Shown piece by piece: positions 38,895 to 49,037 of a DNA stretch of 64,000 nt; within the stretch, counting starts at the first letter, position 1, and every line of letters begins with the position of its first letter. Under the pieces are notes generated by a model. It was not told where the DNA came from. It saw nothing but the letters and a program-made list of their open reading frames with translations, and made no database searches. The DNA is taken from sequence record NC_007023.1; one strand, 5' to 3'. This DNA is from Escherichia phage RB43. The translations under genes and the position numbers were made by a program.

Positions 38895-39221
38895 ATGAGT
38901 TGTCCAACATGGGCGCATTTTGAAAATTTGAAAGAAGGTACGCAGAAACGCGTGTATATCAATCTGGGTTGGATTCCTCCAAGTGATTTTGAATTATCCG
39001 TAATTCTGGTCAATGCCAGCAAAGAGATCAACGAAACTTTCGAATGGGAAAGACTTACTTTGCCTGTTCATCCAGGGTTCTTTATGTCCCGTGAAAAGTT
39101 CGAAGAAATGAAACGAGCGGTAGAATGTATCAATGGGTTTACTACGCCATCTCTACGTATGCACTACCGGAACCTATTCACCCTGAAAAAAGCATGGGAA
39201 ATCGCGGAGGTTGAATTATGA
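38895..39221 (+). CDS. hypothetical protein (108 aa)
   Basis: ATG after GAGGAAAA, downstream of terminator. Confidence 0.45.
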   Translation: MSCPTWAHFENLKEGTQKRVYINLGWIPPSDFELSVILVNASKEINETFEWERLTLPVHPGFFMSREKFEEMKRAVECINGFTTPSLRMHYRNLFTLKKAWEIAEVEL

Positions 39222-39499
39222 TTATTCAGGTATCCGTACAGGGTAACACTCTGACAGTAACCAATTCCATTATGACCGCTATGGCTGCATGTCGTGATCA
39301 TGTATTGACAACGCCGCCTGTGACTGAAATTTTGGAAATTGATATATGGCACGGTGGTGTAATTTCTGGATCTTATGGATTCACACCACTGGAAGAAAAT
39401 TTAAACACAATGGAAGAATGGTTATATGGGAAATTGTACACCAATGAAACTACCAAAGCATACGACGCTGTTAACTCGCGAAAAACTACATTCTGTTGA
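39218..39499 (+). CDS. hypothetical protein (93 aa)
   Basis: ORF track. Confidence 0.4.
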   Translation: MIIQVSVQGNTLTVTNSIMTAMAACRDHVLTTPPVTEILEIDIWHGGVISGSYGFTPLEENLNTMEEWLYGKLYTNETTKAYDAVNSRKTTFC

Positions 39500-39701
39500 A
39501 TGGAGTCCCTTAGACGTGATGATCTTTGATATCGAATCACGGATCATCAATGCTCGTATGAACGGATTAGGAATCTTTTCTGTTGAATTCGAAAAGATTC
39601 GCGGTTATAATGCTGAATGTAAAAACAAGTTACGCGTCATGGTGGAAGCAATGGGCTACATCGTGGATATTGAAGACAATAAAATGTGGATCGGATTATG
39701 A
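39426..39701 (+). CDS. hypothetical protein (start uncertain)
   Basis: ORF track; stop overlaps frd ATG (ATGA). Confidence 0.35.
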   Translation: MGNCTPMKLPKHTTLLTREKLHSVEWSPLDVMIFDIESRIINARMNGLGIFSVEFEKIRGYNAECKNKLRVMVEAMGYIVDIEDNKMWIGL

Positions 39702-40279
39702 GCAAAGTAAAAGCAGTTTTCGCAGTCGGTAATGACGCATATGACGAAGATTTTGCGTTTGGCTACCAGCAGGGTTTACCGTGGGGACACTGCAAAGAGG
39801 ATTTGCAGAACTTCAAAGCAGAAACCGCAAATAGTGTCCTGATCATGGGTGCAAACACTTTTACTTCTCTGCCTGGTAAATTGCCAGGGAGAGTTCATTG
39901 CGTTCTGTCTGCATCCGGTCAACGTTTGGTAACGAAGAACGGGAATACCGCTGATTACATTATTCACTGTGGCGGGTTGTCTGCTGCAATCGACGTGATG
40001 AAAGCAACGCATCCAGATAGTGATGTGTGTATCATTGGTGGTAAGGGGTTGCTTCTGGAAGCAATCAATAATACACTGGTTGATGAATTAGTCATAACTC
40101 ACGTTTATGGACATCGTGTGTATAATGCACCAGCGTTTAAACGTGATGTTTCGTTTAGCGTCAAAGAATTCTATGATGCAGTCTTGAAGTACGGATATTG
40201 TGATTTTGAAACTATCCATATTCACGACAACGAACGCGTTGCAAAACTCGTAATTGATCGATATACGAAAAAGGCATGA
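39698..40279 (+). CDS. frd: dihydrofolate reductase
   Basis: GLPWGHCKEDLQNFKAET and IMGANTF DHFR motifs. Confidence 0.85.
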   Translation: MSKVKAVFAVGNDAYDEDFAFGYQQGLPWGHCKEDLQNFKAETANSVLIMGANTFTSLPGKLPGRVHCVLSASGQRLVTKNGNTADYIIHCGGLSAAIDVMKATHPDSDVCIIGGKGLLLEAINNTLVDELVITHVYGHRVYNAPAFKRDVSFSVKEFYDAVLKYGYCDFETIHIHDNERVAKLVIDRYTKKA

Positions 40280-40280
40280 A

Positions 40281-41138
40281 ATGAAACAGTATCTTGATAT
40301 TATCAGGTTGGTTCTGGCAAATGGTGTTGAATCAACCGACCGCACTGGTGTAGGTACTATCCGTATCTTTGGTGCGCAAACCCGCTGGAACCTCGCAGAA
40401 GGTTTCCCAGCAACGACCAGCAAACAGCTATTCTTCAAACCGTGTAAGCATGAATTGCAATGGTTCCTGTCCGGTTCTACTAACGTTGATGAACTACGTG
40501 AAATGACCTGGGGAATAGGAAGCGATAAACGCACTATTTGGGACGATAACTACGAAAATCAGGCTAAATCGCTGGGATACTCTCATGGTTATCTGGGGCC
40601 AATCTACGGTCATCAATGGCGTTCGTTCGGTGGTGATTTGTATGGAAATCACAGCGTTGACCAGATTGCTCGGATCGTCAACGAACTGAAAACCACACCA
40701 GACGATCGCGGGATCATCGTTTCCGCATGGAACCCTGTTGATCTGGATAAAATGGCATTGCGTCCGTGTCACTGTTTCTTCCAGTTCGTCGTAATCAACG
40801 GTAAACTGTCTCTACAGTGGTATCAGCGTTCGGTTGATGTCTTCTTAGGGTTGCCGTTCAATATCGCCTCCTACGCTCTCCTGACGCATATTATCGCTGA
40901 TATTTGCGGGTACGAAGTAGGTGATCTGGTTTGGACAGGTGGTGATGTCCATATCTACAAAAACGCAATCGAGCAAGCGAAAGAACTATTGAAGCCGGAA
41001 CGTGAACCGTTACCGCTTCCGACCCTCTACATGCCGAAGGTAAATAGCTTACTTGATTTGGATCAAGAATTCTTTGACTCCATCCATTTGAAAGATTATA
41101 ATCATCACGGCTCGCTAAAAGCAGCTATGGCAGTATAA
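40281..41138 (+). CDS. td: thymidylate synthase
   Basis: Canonical ThyA motifs (DRTGVGT, ALRPCHCFFQF, YQRSVDVFLGLPFNIASYALL); uninterrupted. Confidence 0.9.
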   Translation: MKQYLDIIRLVLANGVESTDRTGVGTIRIFGAQTRWNLAEGFPATTSKQLFFKPCKHELQWFLSGSTNVDELREMTWGIGSDKRTIWDDNYENQAKSLGYSHGYLGPIYGHQWRSFGGDLYGNHSVDQIARIVNELKTTPDDRGIIVSAWNPVDLDKMALRPCHCFFQFVVINGKLSLQWYQRSVDVFLGLPFNIASYALLTHIIADICGYEVGDLVWTGGDVHIYKNAIEQAKELLKPEREPLPLPTLYMPKVNSLLDLDQEFFDSIHLKDYNHHGSLKAAMAV

Positions 41139-41140
41139 AC

Positions 41141-41164
41141 AAAAGGGGCGAAAGCCCCTTTCTT
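41141..41164 (+). terminator. terminator-like hairpin
   Basis: AAAAGGGGCGAAAGCCCCTTTCTT. Confidence 0.5.
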
Positions 41165-41178
41165 AACAAGGTAAGATA

Positions 41179-43434
41179 ATGAGTGAAATTAAGACAGTAA
41201 TTAAATCTTCTGGTGTAAGTCAGCCGTTCGAAAAAGAAAAACTGTTTAAAGTCCTGAATTGGGCCAGTGTTGGAAAGAATATTGATGTTAACGCATTCCT
41301 TGAAAGTGTCGTTGACCTGCTTCGTGATGGTATGACTACCAAACAGATCCAGGGCGTAGCTATCAAATATGCAGCGGATCGTATTTCCGTAAAAGAACCA
41401 GATTGGCAGTATGTAGCGGCGAACCTCGAAATGTTCGCACTTCGTAAAACCGTTTACGGGCAATTCGACCCGATTCCATTTTACGAACACATCACTAAAC
41501 TGGTTGATGCTGGGAAGTACGACAAAGAAATCTTAACCAAATGGACTAAAGCGGATATCGAATATTTCGAAGAGAATATTAAGCACGATAAAGATTTTGA
41601 ATTCTCTTACGCTGGCGTACAGCAGTTGATCGGGAAATATCTGTTGCAGGATCGCACCAACGGTGACATCTACGAAACACCGCAATATGCGTTTATGCTG
41701 ATTGCTATGTGTCTGCATCAGGACGAACCGCGAACCCTGAGCGCATTTAATCATGTTGTCGATTTCTACAACGCAATTTCGGATCGTAAGCTGTCGTTAC
41801 CTACGCCTATTATGGCTGGTGTGCGTACTCCTACGCGTCAGTTTTCCAGTTGCGTAGTGATTGAATCAGGTGATTCACTGGGTTCTCTGAATGCTGTAAC
41901 CTCTGCGATCGTGAAGTATATTTCACAACGCGCGGGTATCGGTGTTAATGCTGGACACATTCGCGCAATGGGTTCTAAAATCCGTGGTGGTGAAGCAGTA
42001 CATACAGGCGTGATCCCGTTCTGGAAACATATTCAGACAGCGGTTAAATCCTGTTCACAAGGTGGCGTTCGTGGTGGTGCTGCAACGTTGTATTATCCGA
42101 TCTGGCATTTGGAAGTTGAAAACCTGCTGGTTCTGAAAAACAACAAAGGTGTTGAGAATAACCGTATTCGTCACCTGGATTATGGCGTTCAGCTTAACGA
42201 TTTGATGTATAAGCGTTTAATCAATAACGATTACATCACACTGTTCAGCCCTGACGTTGCAAATGATCGCCTGTATGATGCTTTCTATCAAGCTGATCAG
42301 ACTGAGTTCGAAGAACTCTATACCAGTTTGGAAAAAGACCCAACGGTACGCAAGAAACGCATTAAAGCAGCAGACTTATTCCAGTTGCTTGTTCAGGAAC
42401 GCGCACAGACCGGACGCAAATATATTTTCAACAGTCATCACGTCAACCAGCAGGGCAGTTTCTCCGTTCCTGTTCGTATGTCGAACCTTTGCTGTGAAAT
42501 TGCGATCCCAACGTCACCTCTGGATGATGACGACAAGTTAGCAGGTGAAATCGGACTGTGTACGCTTATGGCTATCGTTCTCGATAACGCTGATGTAAGC
42601 GAATTCCCAGCCCTTACACGTATTGCAGTACGCGCACTGGATAACCTGTTGGATTACCAGAACTACCCTGTTGCGGCGGCTCTGAAAGCTAAACAGCGTC
42701 GTTCTCTGGGCGTTGGTATCACCAACTATGCTTCGTGGTTGGCAAGTAACTATTGCGACTACTCAGAAGCATACGCCGGAAACGTTCATGAACTGATGGA
42801 AGCGTTTCAATATAACCTGTTGGTTGCCTCTATGGAACTGGCGAAAGAACGCGGTGCATGTGGACTGTTCCATGAAACAAAATATGCACAAGGGCTGTTA
42901 CCGATCGATTGGTACTGCAAAACCGTGGATGAACTCGCGTTACCTGTGTATAATTGCGATTGGGAATGGTTGCGCGGCGAAATCAAAAAATATGGCTTGC
43001 GTAACTCAACTCTTTCCGCTTTAATGCCATGTGAGAGTAGTTCTCAAGTAAGCAACTCAACAAACGGGATTGAACCGCCTCGCGGTCCTGTGAGTGTGAA
43101 ATCTTCGAAAGAAGGTTCATTCAACCAGGTAGTACCGAACCAGAACGATCAGATTGATTTCTATGATTATCTCTGGACAATGGCAAAACGCGGTAATAAA
43201 GGTTATCTGTCTCATGTTGCTGTTATGCAGAAGTTTGTTGATCAAGCGATCTCTGCAAACACCAACTATGATCCGGCTAACTTCCCAGATGGTAAAGTGA
43301 AATCTGAAACCATCATTGATGACCTGCTTTATGCGAACTACTACGGCGTGAAAACTCTGTATTATCACAACACCCGCGACGGTGCAGGTGAAGACGAAGC
43401 AGAAGCCGATGATTGCGTAGGCTGTAAGATTTGA
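41179..43434 (+). CDS. nrdA: ribonucleotide reductase large subunit
   Basis: 751 aa; ATP-cone N-term; class Ia catalytic motifs. Confidence 0.95.
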   Translation: MSEIKTVIKSSGVSQPFEKEKLFKVLNWASVGKNIDVNAFLESVVDLLRDGMTTKQIQGVAIKYAADRISVKEPDWQYVAANLEMFALRKTVYGQFDPIPFYEHITKLVDAGKYDKEILTKWTKADIEYFEENIKHDKDFEFSYAGVQQLIGKYLLQDRTNGDIYETPQYAFMLIAMCLHQDEPRTLSAFNHVVDFYNAISDRKLSLPTPIMAGVRTPTRQFSSCVVIESGDSLGSLNAVTSAIVKYISQRAGIGVNAGHIRAMGSKIRGGEAVHTGVIPFWKHIQTAVKSCSQGGVRGGAATLYYPIWHLEVENLLVLKNNKGVENNRIRHLDYGVQLNDLMYKRLINNDYITLFSPDVANDRLYDAFYQADQTEFEELYTSLEKDPTVRKKRIKAADLFQLLVQERAQTGRKYIFNSHHVNQQGSFSVPVRMSNLCCEIAIPTSPLDDDDKLAGEIGLCTLMAIVLDNADVSEFPALTRIAVRALDNLLDYQNYPVAAALKAKQRRSLGVGITNYASWLASNYCDYSEAYAGNVHELMEAFQYNLLVASMELAKERGACGLFHETKYAQGLLPIDWYCKTVDELALPVYNCDWEWLRGEIKKYGLRNSTLSALMPCESSSQVSNSTNGIEPPRGPVSVKSSKEGSFNQVVPNQNDQIDFYDYLWTMAKRGNKGYLSHVAVMQKFVDQAISANTNYDPANFPDGKVKSETIIDDLLYANYYGVKTLYYHNTRDGAGEDEAEADDCVGCKI

Positions 43435-43438
43435 TAAT

Positions 43439-43457
43439 GCCCCTTCGGGGGCTTTTT
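43439..43457 (+). terminator. terminator-like hairpin
   Basis: GCCCCTTCGGGGGCTTTTT. Confidence 0.55.
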
Positions 43458-43470
43458 ATAAGGTAAACTC

Positions 43471-44646
43471 ATGTTAACAGTAATGAACACAAACCCCGAT
43501 CACAAACACTTAGAACAGCCAATGTTCTTCGGTGAAGATACTGGGGTTGCCCGATATGAAGAACAAAAACATCGCGTATTCGAAACTTTGACTGAAAAAC
43601 AACTGTCATTCTTCTGGCGACCGGAAGAAGTGGATCTGTCGATCGACCGTATGCAGTATGCAAAAATGCCGGAACACGAGAAAATCATTTTTGATTCTAA
43701 CCTGCAATATCAAACCCTGTTAGATACCATTCAGGGACGTGGCCCTAACCTGGCGTTTCTCCCGATTGCCTCTGATGTTTCAATGGAAACGTGGATCGAA
43801 ACATGGGCTTTCAGTGAAACAATTCATAGCCGCAGTTATACACACATTCAGCGTAACTTGCATATCGACCCGGCTAAAGAGTTCGACAAAATCCTTCGTA
43901 ACGAAGCGATTATGAAACGTTCGGCTTCAATGACAAAATATTACGATGACCTGATCGCAGAATGTCATGAACTGAAAAACATCGTTCTCAAGATCGAAAT
44001 GATGACATCCCACGGATACCCAGACGAATCGATCGCTGAATACGAACAGAAACGCAAAGAGCAAATGCGCAAATGTAAGGTTGCTCTTTATCTGTGTATG
44101 CACGCTGTCAACGCTCTGGAAGCGATTCGTTTCTATGTCTCGTTTACCTTTACGTTCAACTTTGCCGAACAGGGCAAGATGGAAGGTAACGCAAAGATCA
44201 TGCGTCTGATTGCCCGTGATGAAGCACTTCATCAGAAAGGTACTCAAAGCAAGATCCGACTCTGGCAGATGGGTAAAGATGACCCAGAAATGGCAGAAAT
44301 CGCGTATCAGTACGAAGAAGAAGCAACACAGATTTTCCTCGAAGTTTACGAGCAGGAAAAAGAATGGGCTGAACACTTATTCAGTATTGGTGATGTTGAC
44401 GGCGTGACACTGAAAAGTACAATCGCCTATATCGAACACTTAACCGACCAACGTATGCGAGCGGTTGGGTTACAGTCTCCGTTTAAACCGAGTCCTAACC
44501 CGTATCCGTGGATGAACAAATGGTTGAAGTCTGACAACGTTCAGGTAGCCCCGCAAGAGGTTGAAGTAAGTTCTTACCTGGTTGGCAACCTCAACACCGA
44601 GATCAGCGACGAAGCCTATGCAAAATGGCGACAAAAATACGCGTAA
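43471..44646 (+). CDS. nrdB: ribonucleotide reductase small subunit
   Basis: QLSFFWRPEEVD, WAFSETIHSRSYTHI, YLVGNL C-term; close to E. coli NrdB; uninterrupted. Confidence 0.95.
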   Translation: MLTVMNTNPDHKHLEQPMFFGEDTGVARYEEQKHRVFETLTEKQLSFFWRPEEVDLSIDRMQYAKMPEHEKIIFDSNLQYQTLLDTIQGRGPNLAFLPIASDVSMETWIETWAFSETIHSRSYTHIQRNLHIDPAKEFDKILRNEAIMKRSASMTKYYDDLIAECHELKNIVLKIEMMTSHGYPDESIAEYEQKRKEQMRKCKVALYLCMHAVNALEAIRFYVSFTFTFNFAEQGKMEGNAKIMRLIARDEALHQKGTQSKIRLWQMGKDDPEMAEIAYQYEEEATQIFLEVYEQEKEWAEHLFSIGDVDGVTLKSTIAYIEHLTDQRMRAVGLQSPFKPSPNPYPWMNKWLKSDNVQVAPQEVEVSSYLVGNLNTEISDEAYAKWRQKYA

Positions 44647-44655
44647 GGACATAAC

Positions 44656-45213
44656 ATGATTGATGCGATTCCCGTTTATACGGGAGTCCATCACAATCTA
44701 TACGCATACCTGGCGGGTTGTGTTGATTGTGATGGATGGATTAGTGAAAAAGGAAAGAATGGTTATCTGGTTGGGCTTACACAGCATATTCAACTATGGG
44801 ATGATATGGTTAGCATTCAATCTGATTTGATTAACGATGGTGTTGATGCAAAATTATATGAAAGAACCAGTAGAACAGGATTAGGTAATACGTTGATGTG
44901 CAACCTAATTATTCAAAAATCATCGGATCTCTTGATTCTGTTACCGAGAATCATTCCATACCTTCGATTTAAAAAGCAAAAAGCAGTTGACGCATATTTT
45001 AATTTGTGTAAACATTCAGATCTTAATGCAAGTTCATCCGATAATGATATGAAAGGAAGTAAACGAAAGTATTGGAAGCCGGAAGAAATATCCGAACTAA
45101 TTCGTTTACATTCGGAGGGTTACAACAACCCAGCGATAGGGATTAAAATGAATCGTTCTACCGATTCAATAAGTCATAAGTTGCATCGGTTGGGTATCAT
45201 GAGAAACGAATGA
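44656..45213 (+). CDS. LAGLIDADG-family homing endonuclease-like protein
   Basis: YLAGCVDCDGWIS matches LAGLIDADG motif; C-terminal HTH-like segment. Confidence 0.6.
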   Translation: MIDAIPVYTGVHHNLYAYLAGCVDCDGWISEKGKNGYLVGLTQHIQLWDDMVSIQSDLINDGVDAKLYERTSRTGLGNTLMCNLIIQKSSDLLILLPRIIPYLRFKKQKAVDAYFNLCKHSDLNASSSDNDMKGSKRKYWKPEEISELIRLHSEGYNNPAIGIKMNRSTDSISHKLHRLGIMRNE

Positions 45214-45620
45214 TGGAATCGAAAGTTTATAGAATGTCTCTTGACAAATGCGGTCGAATAGACCGCAGTTTTATCAAGTGTGGTGAGTTAAGAAATTGCG
45301 TTTACTGTATTGAAATCGACGGCGTGATCGTGTATGTTGGTAAAGCAAAAGACATGTGGAAGCGATTAGATACGTACAGGAATTCAAAATACTGGAGGGA
45401 AGCAAACCCCAGCAACATTTTGAAAACCGCACGTCTGGAAATGGCAATCAAAAAACGTAAGCGTGTGAATCTCATTGTGACAACACACGATGAAGAGACA
45501 TATCATGATTATGAAATCAACATGATCCGAAAAATCAATCCTGAATGGAACAAACAGCATTATGACAAAGCTAACAAAAAACCAGAAAACACTCTTCAAC
45601 CAATTGATGAAGCTGTGTAA
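45210..45620 (+). CDS. GIY-YIG nuclease domain protein
   Basis: CVYCIEIDGVIVYVGKAKD...R...E GIY-YIG pattern; ATGA overlap with preceding gene. Confidence 0.6.
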   Translation: MMESKVYRMSLDKCGRIDRSFIKCGELRNCVYCIEIDGVIVYVGKAKDMWKRLDTYRNSKYWREANPSNILKTARLEMAIKKRKRVNLIVTTHDEETYHDYEINMIRKINPEWNKQHYDKANKKPENTLQPIDEAV

Positions 45621-46719
45621 CGAAACCGAATGCTTTTACTTTATTGATCAAAAAACCGTAATGCAGACCCACGTTCGCATTTTCAACTATCGTATGGCGA
45701 GTTATTCCGATTGGTTGAAACCTGGTGCGCTGGAATGTCGCGGCATTATGTTTGCAATGGATGGGGATACCCCCGTAAAACTCGTCAGCCGTCCTATGGA
45801 GAAGTTTTTCAACTACGCCGAGGTAAAGGCATGGGAAGCACTTAAAGAGGCTCCTGTGACGATTGGCGACACCGTAGTTGATGTGATGATTAAGGAAGAT
45901 GGTTCCCTGATCTCTACATTCTGTGATTCCGGCTATCTGGGCGTTAAGTCAAAAGCGTCTGTACAGTCTGAACAGGCTATGGACGCAATGAGCGTGATCC
46001 AAACTAACCGCGCATTGTTCGAACGCCTTACAGAACTGGTTCGCGATGGATTCACCGTCAACATGGAATACGTCGCACCAACTAACCGTATTGTAATTGG
46101 TTATCAAGACCCTGCTGTTGTGATTCTGAACATTCGCAACAACGATACAGGTGAATACGTACCGTATCAGGATATTTTTGCTGATGCTGTGTTGCGTCCT
46201 TACCTGGTTGAACGTGAGAAAATCGAAATCACCGATCTGGATGCGTTTATTGCAGATGCGTACACGAAAGAAGGTTTCGAGGGATACGTAATCAAGACGA
46301 ACAAAGGTTTTGTGAAAGCAAAAACAAACTGGTACGTGAATCTTCACCGCACGAAGGATAGCATCACCAATAACAAAGATTTGTTCTTAAATATTGTTGA
46401 TAACACAGTTGATGACCTGAAACAATTATTCCTGGATGATACATATTCACTCAAGAAAATTGATGCGTTTGAAACTATGTTCCTCGATAGTCTGAATCGC
46501 CTGTCTGCAAAAGCATTCAAGGCGATTGAAGATACTAAAGGATTGTCCCGTAAGGATTACGCAATCAAACTGAGTTCGGATTTAACCCCAGATGGGCGCA
46601 TTATCTTTGGCCCGATGATGCGATATTTCGATGATACCGATAAACAAAAATTGGTTGATAACATCGTTTCTCTGATGGTTAAAAATTACGAACAGTTCAT
46701 ACCGGAAGAGTATAAATGA
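45562..46719 (+). CDS. rnlA: RNA ligase 1
   Basis: ALECRGIMF, KEDGSL (ligase lysine), APTNRIV, EGYVIK colinear with T4 RnlA. Confidence 0.85.
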   Translation: MTKLTKNQKTLFNQLMKLCNETECFYFIDQKTVMQTHVRIFNYRMASYSDWLKPGALECRGIMFAMDGDTPVKLVSRPMEKFFNYAEVKAWEALKEAPVTIGDTVVDVMIKEDGSLISTFCDSGYLGVKSKASVQSEQAMDAMSVIQTNRALFERLTELVRDGFTVNMEYVAPTNRIVIGYQDPAVVILNIRNNDTGEYVPYQDIFADAVLRPYLVEREKIEITDLDAFIADAYTKEGFEGYVIKTNKGFVKAKTNWYVNLHRTKDSITNNKDLFLNIVDNTVDDLKQLFLDDTYSLKKIDAFETMFLDSLNRLSAKAFKAIEDTKGLSRKDYAIKLSSDLTPDGRIIFGPMMRYFDDTDKQKLVDNIVSLMVKNYEQFIPEEYK

Positions 46720-47042
46720 ACATACCAGCTTTACCAAAGTTAAGTTCTTTGGTATGGCCTGTGATTGTGGGGCTATCTTTGATAGCCCTTTTTTATATTG
46801 CAGTCGATACCAAAATAGAAAACAGACAATTGTCTAATGATATCAAAGCATTACAAGCTGATATCAAGAAAGTCAAAGAGACAAACAACACCAACACAGT
46901 GATATACGTAGAGCAAAAGGCGAAGGATCAGCAACTGGTGAAAGATGCGGGACGTAAAGATCTGTTATTCAAAAAGCCAGGACTGATTGAAATCAAGATC
47001 AACAAATCATTCGAAGAGTATATGGAGGAATTCGATAAATGA
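46716..47042 (+). CDS. i-spanin-like protein
   Basis: N-terminal TM then coiled coil; upstream of lipoprotein gene. Confidence 0.5.
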   Translation: MNIPALPKLSSLVWPVIVGLSLIALFYIAVDTKIENRQLSNDIKALQADIKKVKETNNTNTVIYVEQKAKDQQLVKDAGRKDLLFKKPGLIEIKINKSFEEYMEEFDK

Positions 47043-47365
47043 AAATCTCCGTGTTAGTCCTTATCATCGGCGCTCTGTTGGTTGGGTGTGCTGAAAAGCC
47101 CCCAGAAAAGGTTTTACCGACCTTACCTGCTAAAGTGAATCCGGTTGATGTTAAATGGAAAGTGATCGCAGAAGTACGGGAAATCGACGGGAAGAAATAT
47201 CTCGTTATGCCGTTTGACGGAAACCCATATGTTGCGCTATCATATCCAGACTCATTGGTTTTTCGTAGCTGGATGAATGATGTCAAGCGACAGAAAGATC
47301 AAACCGATAATATCCTATGTACAGTGGGATACCCAGAAAAATGTAAGTTGAGAAATTTAAAATGA
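47039..47365 (+). CDS. o-spanin-like lipoprotein
   Basis: Signal peptide with lipobox LLVGC. Confidence 0.5.
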   Translation: MKISVLVLIIGALLVGCAEKPPEKVLPTLPAKVNPVDVKWKVIAEVREIDGKKYLVMPFDGNPYVALSYPDSLVFRSWMNDVKRQKDQTDNILCTVGYPEKCKLRNLK

Positions 47366-48249
47366 ATCTGATTATTACTGTAGGCGTACCAGGTAGCGGT
47401 AAAACTACTTGGGCGAAAGAGAAAGCGCGTGAAATGGGGAACACGTTGACTGTTTCCCGTGATGACATCCGTCGAACCCTTTACTGTGCTGGCGGCGATC
47501 TCACAGGATACCGCTTCACCGAAGAGAAAGAAAACCTGGTCACTAAGTTACAGGCAGACATCGTGTTAAACGCTCTTGCTTCTGGTAAGAATGTGATTGT
47601 GCATAACACGCACCTGAAAAAAGGCGACCATGTTTACTGGAAAGAAATCGCGAAGTATACGAAAGTAGATTTTCACATCGAATGGATGGATGCTGATATC
47701 GTTGAACTTCTGAAACGCAACCATAAACGCGGTGTAAATGCTTTACCTGTTTCCCGCTTATGGGAAATGTTCGAACAGTACCGTAAATTACGCGGTTGGG
47801 TTCCGGCTATGCAGTTTGCAGATCCGAGCAAACCGAAATGCGTTATCTTTGATGTTGACGGTACTCTGACCAAAGTCGGACAGCGTAGCCCGTATGACTT
47901 CACGAAGGTAATCGACGATCCTGCTAACCCTCCGGTTCAGGAACTGTTCAGGATGTATAAAGCCGCTGGTTATGCCTGTGTTGTTGTATCGGGGCGTGAA
48001 GGTACGGAACAATGCGCACATGATACCAAAGCAAGCCTTACTGCGTATGATGTTGACCTGAGTGATGGTATTTTCATGCGTGAAGAAGGTGATCATCGTC
48101 ACGATTTTTACGTAAAAGAGCAAATACTTGTTGAAAAGATTCTCGATAAGTATTATCCTGTTCTTGCAGTGGACGACCGAGACACCCCAGTAGGGATGTG
48201 GAGAATGAACGGAATTCCGTGCTTCCAGGTTGATTACGGCGACTTTTAA
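47362..48249 (+). CDS. pseT: polynucleotide kinase/3'-phosphatase
   Basis: Walker A GVPGSGKTT; phosphatase DVDGTL; colinear with T4 Pnkp. Confidence 0.9.
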   Translation: MNLIITVGVPGSGKTTWAKEKAREMGNTLTVSRDDIRRTLYCAGGDLTGYRFTEEKENLVTKLQADIVLNALASGKNVIVHNTHLKKGDHVYWKEIAKYTKVDFHIEWMDADIVELLKRNHKRGVNALPVSRLWEMFEQYRKLRGWVPAMQFADPSKPKCVIFDVDGTLTKVGQRSPYDFTKVIDDPANPPVQELFRMYKAAGYACVVVSGREGTEQCAHDTKASLTAYDVDLSDGIFMREEGDHRHDFYVKEQILVEKILDKYYPVLAVDDRDTPVGMWRMNGIPCFQVDYGDF

Positions 48250-48256
48250 AAAACAG

Positions 48257-48285
48257 TTGACAGTGAGTGCGGGTATGATAAGATA
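48257..48285 (+). promoter_or_regulatory. sigma70-like promoter (TTGACA-N16-TAAGAT)
   Basis: Upstream of SD AAAAGGAG and ATG 48310. Confidence 0.4.
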
Positions 48286-48309
48286 CTCGCACACAAAAGG
48301 AGATATATT

Positions 48310-48574
48310 ATGATCGAACGTGAAAATGTAAATGTTATGGTTGAACTGGGTGATCGTGTTAAAGTTGACAATCCTGTAGATTTGCAACTAAATTAACCAG
48401 TTAGGCCAACGTCTTGTTGATCGGCTTCCTGCTGGTTATAATGTGAAACTTGTCCGTGACGGTCAGTTCTCCTTCCTGTTGGGGATCATTAGTCAACGTG
48501 GTATCGTTGAACAACAGTTCGGAATCCAATGGAATCCGGTATCTAAATTTGTTACTTGGGCTGGTGTCCTATGA
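48310..48574 (+). CDS. small protein, frame broken at AAA run near 48390
   Basis: ATG ORF stops after 28 codons; +1 frame continues 60 codons and ends TGA overlapping next ATG (ATGA). Confidence 0.3.
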
Positions 48575-48840
48575 ATGAAACAAAAAATCCGAGTGATATA
48601 GTTGAGGTTCATGAAGCATGGATTCTCACTGATAAAGATAAGGTTCGGTATGGCTGTCTGTTCGGTTTAGTGTGTTTAGACCCAGAAGTAGACATAATGA
48701 CTAGCCCGATTGTATCTTATAGTCATCCAGCGAACACGGAATTTGTTGAAGTGATTACGCGATCTGGTAGCACGTATCGCGTAGTAAATCCAGATTCTGA
48801 TTTCATGAAGCAGTTATTAACCGTGATGGATGACAAATGA
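48571..48840 (+). CDS. hypothetical protein (89 aa)
   Basis: ATG 48571 (MNETKNPSDI). Confidence 0.45.
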   Translation: MNETKNPSDIVEVHEAWILTDKDKVRYGCLFGLVCLDPEVDIMTSPIVSYSHPANTEFVEVITRSGSTYRVVNPDSDFMKQLLTVMDDK

Positions 48841-49037
48841 AAAATGTTATCGTAGCGGCAGTGATAATGTGCATCATATCCATTATACTTGTTATAATGA
48901 GCACACCAAACAAACCGACTTCTAAGATAACACCATATCAGTCGAGCAAGACAGAAGAAAGCTCTTGCTCGATGCCAATGTGTGAATCGTTGGGTGGTCA
49001 TGATGCAATTGCTTTACAAGTTATGTTTGGAGATTAA
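48837..49037 (+). CDS. small membrane protein (66 aa)
   Basis: TM helix VIVAAVIMCIISIILVIM. Confidence 0.45.
   Translation: MKNVIVAAVIMCIISIILVIMSTPNKPTSKITPYQSSKTEESSCSMPMCESLGGHDAIALQVMFGD

Noticed and set aside
40281-44646. Group I introns in td or nrdB, as found in T4
   Set aside because: Both genes are single uninterrupted ORFs of normal length with all catalytic motifs contiguous.
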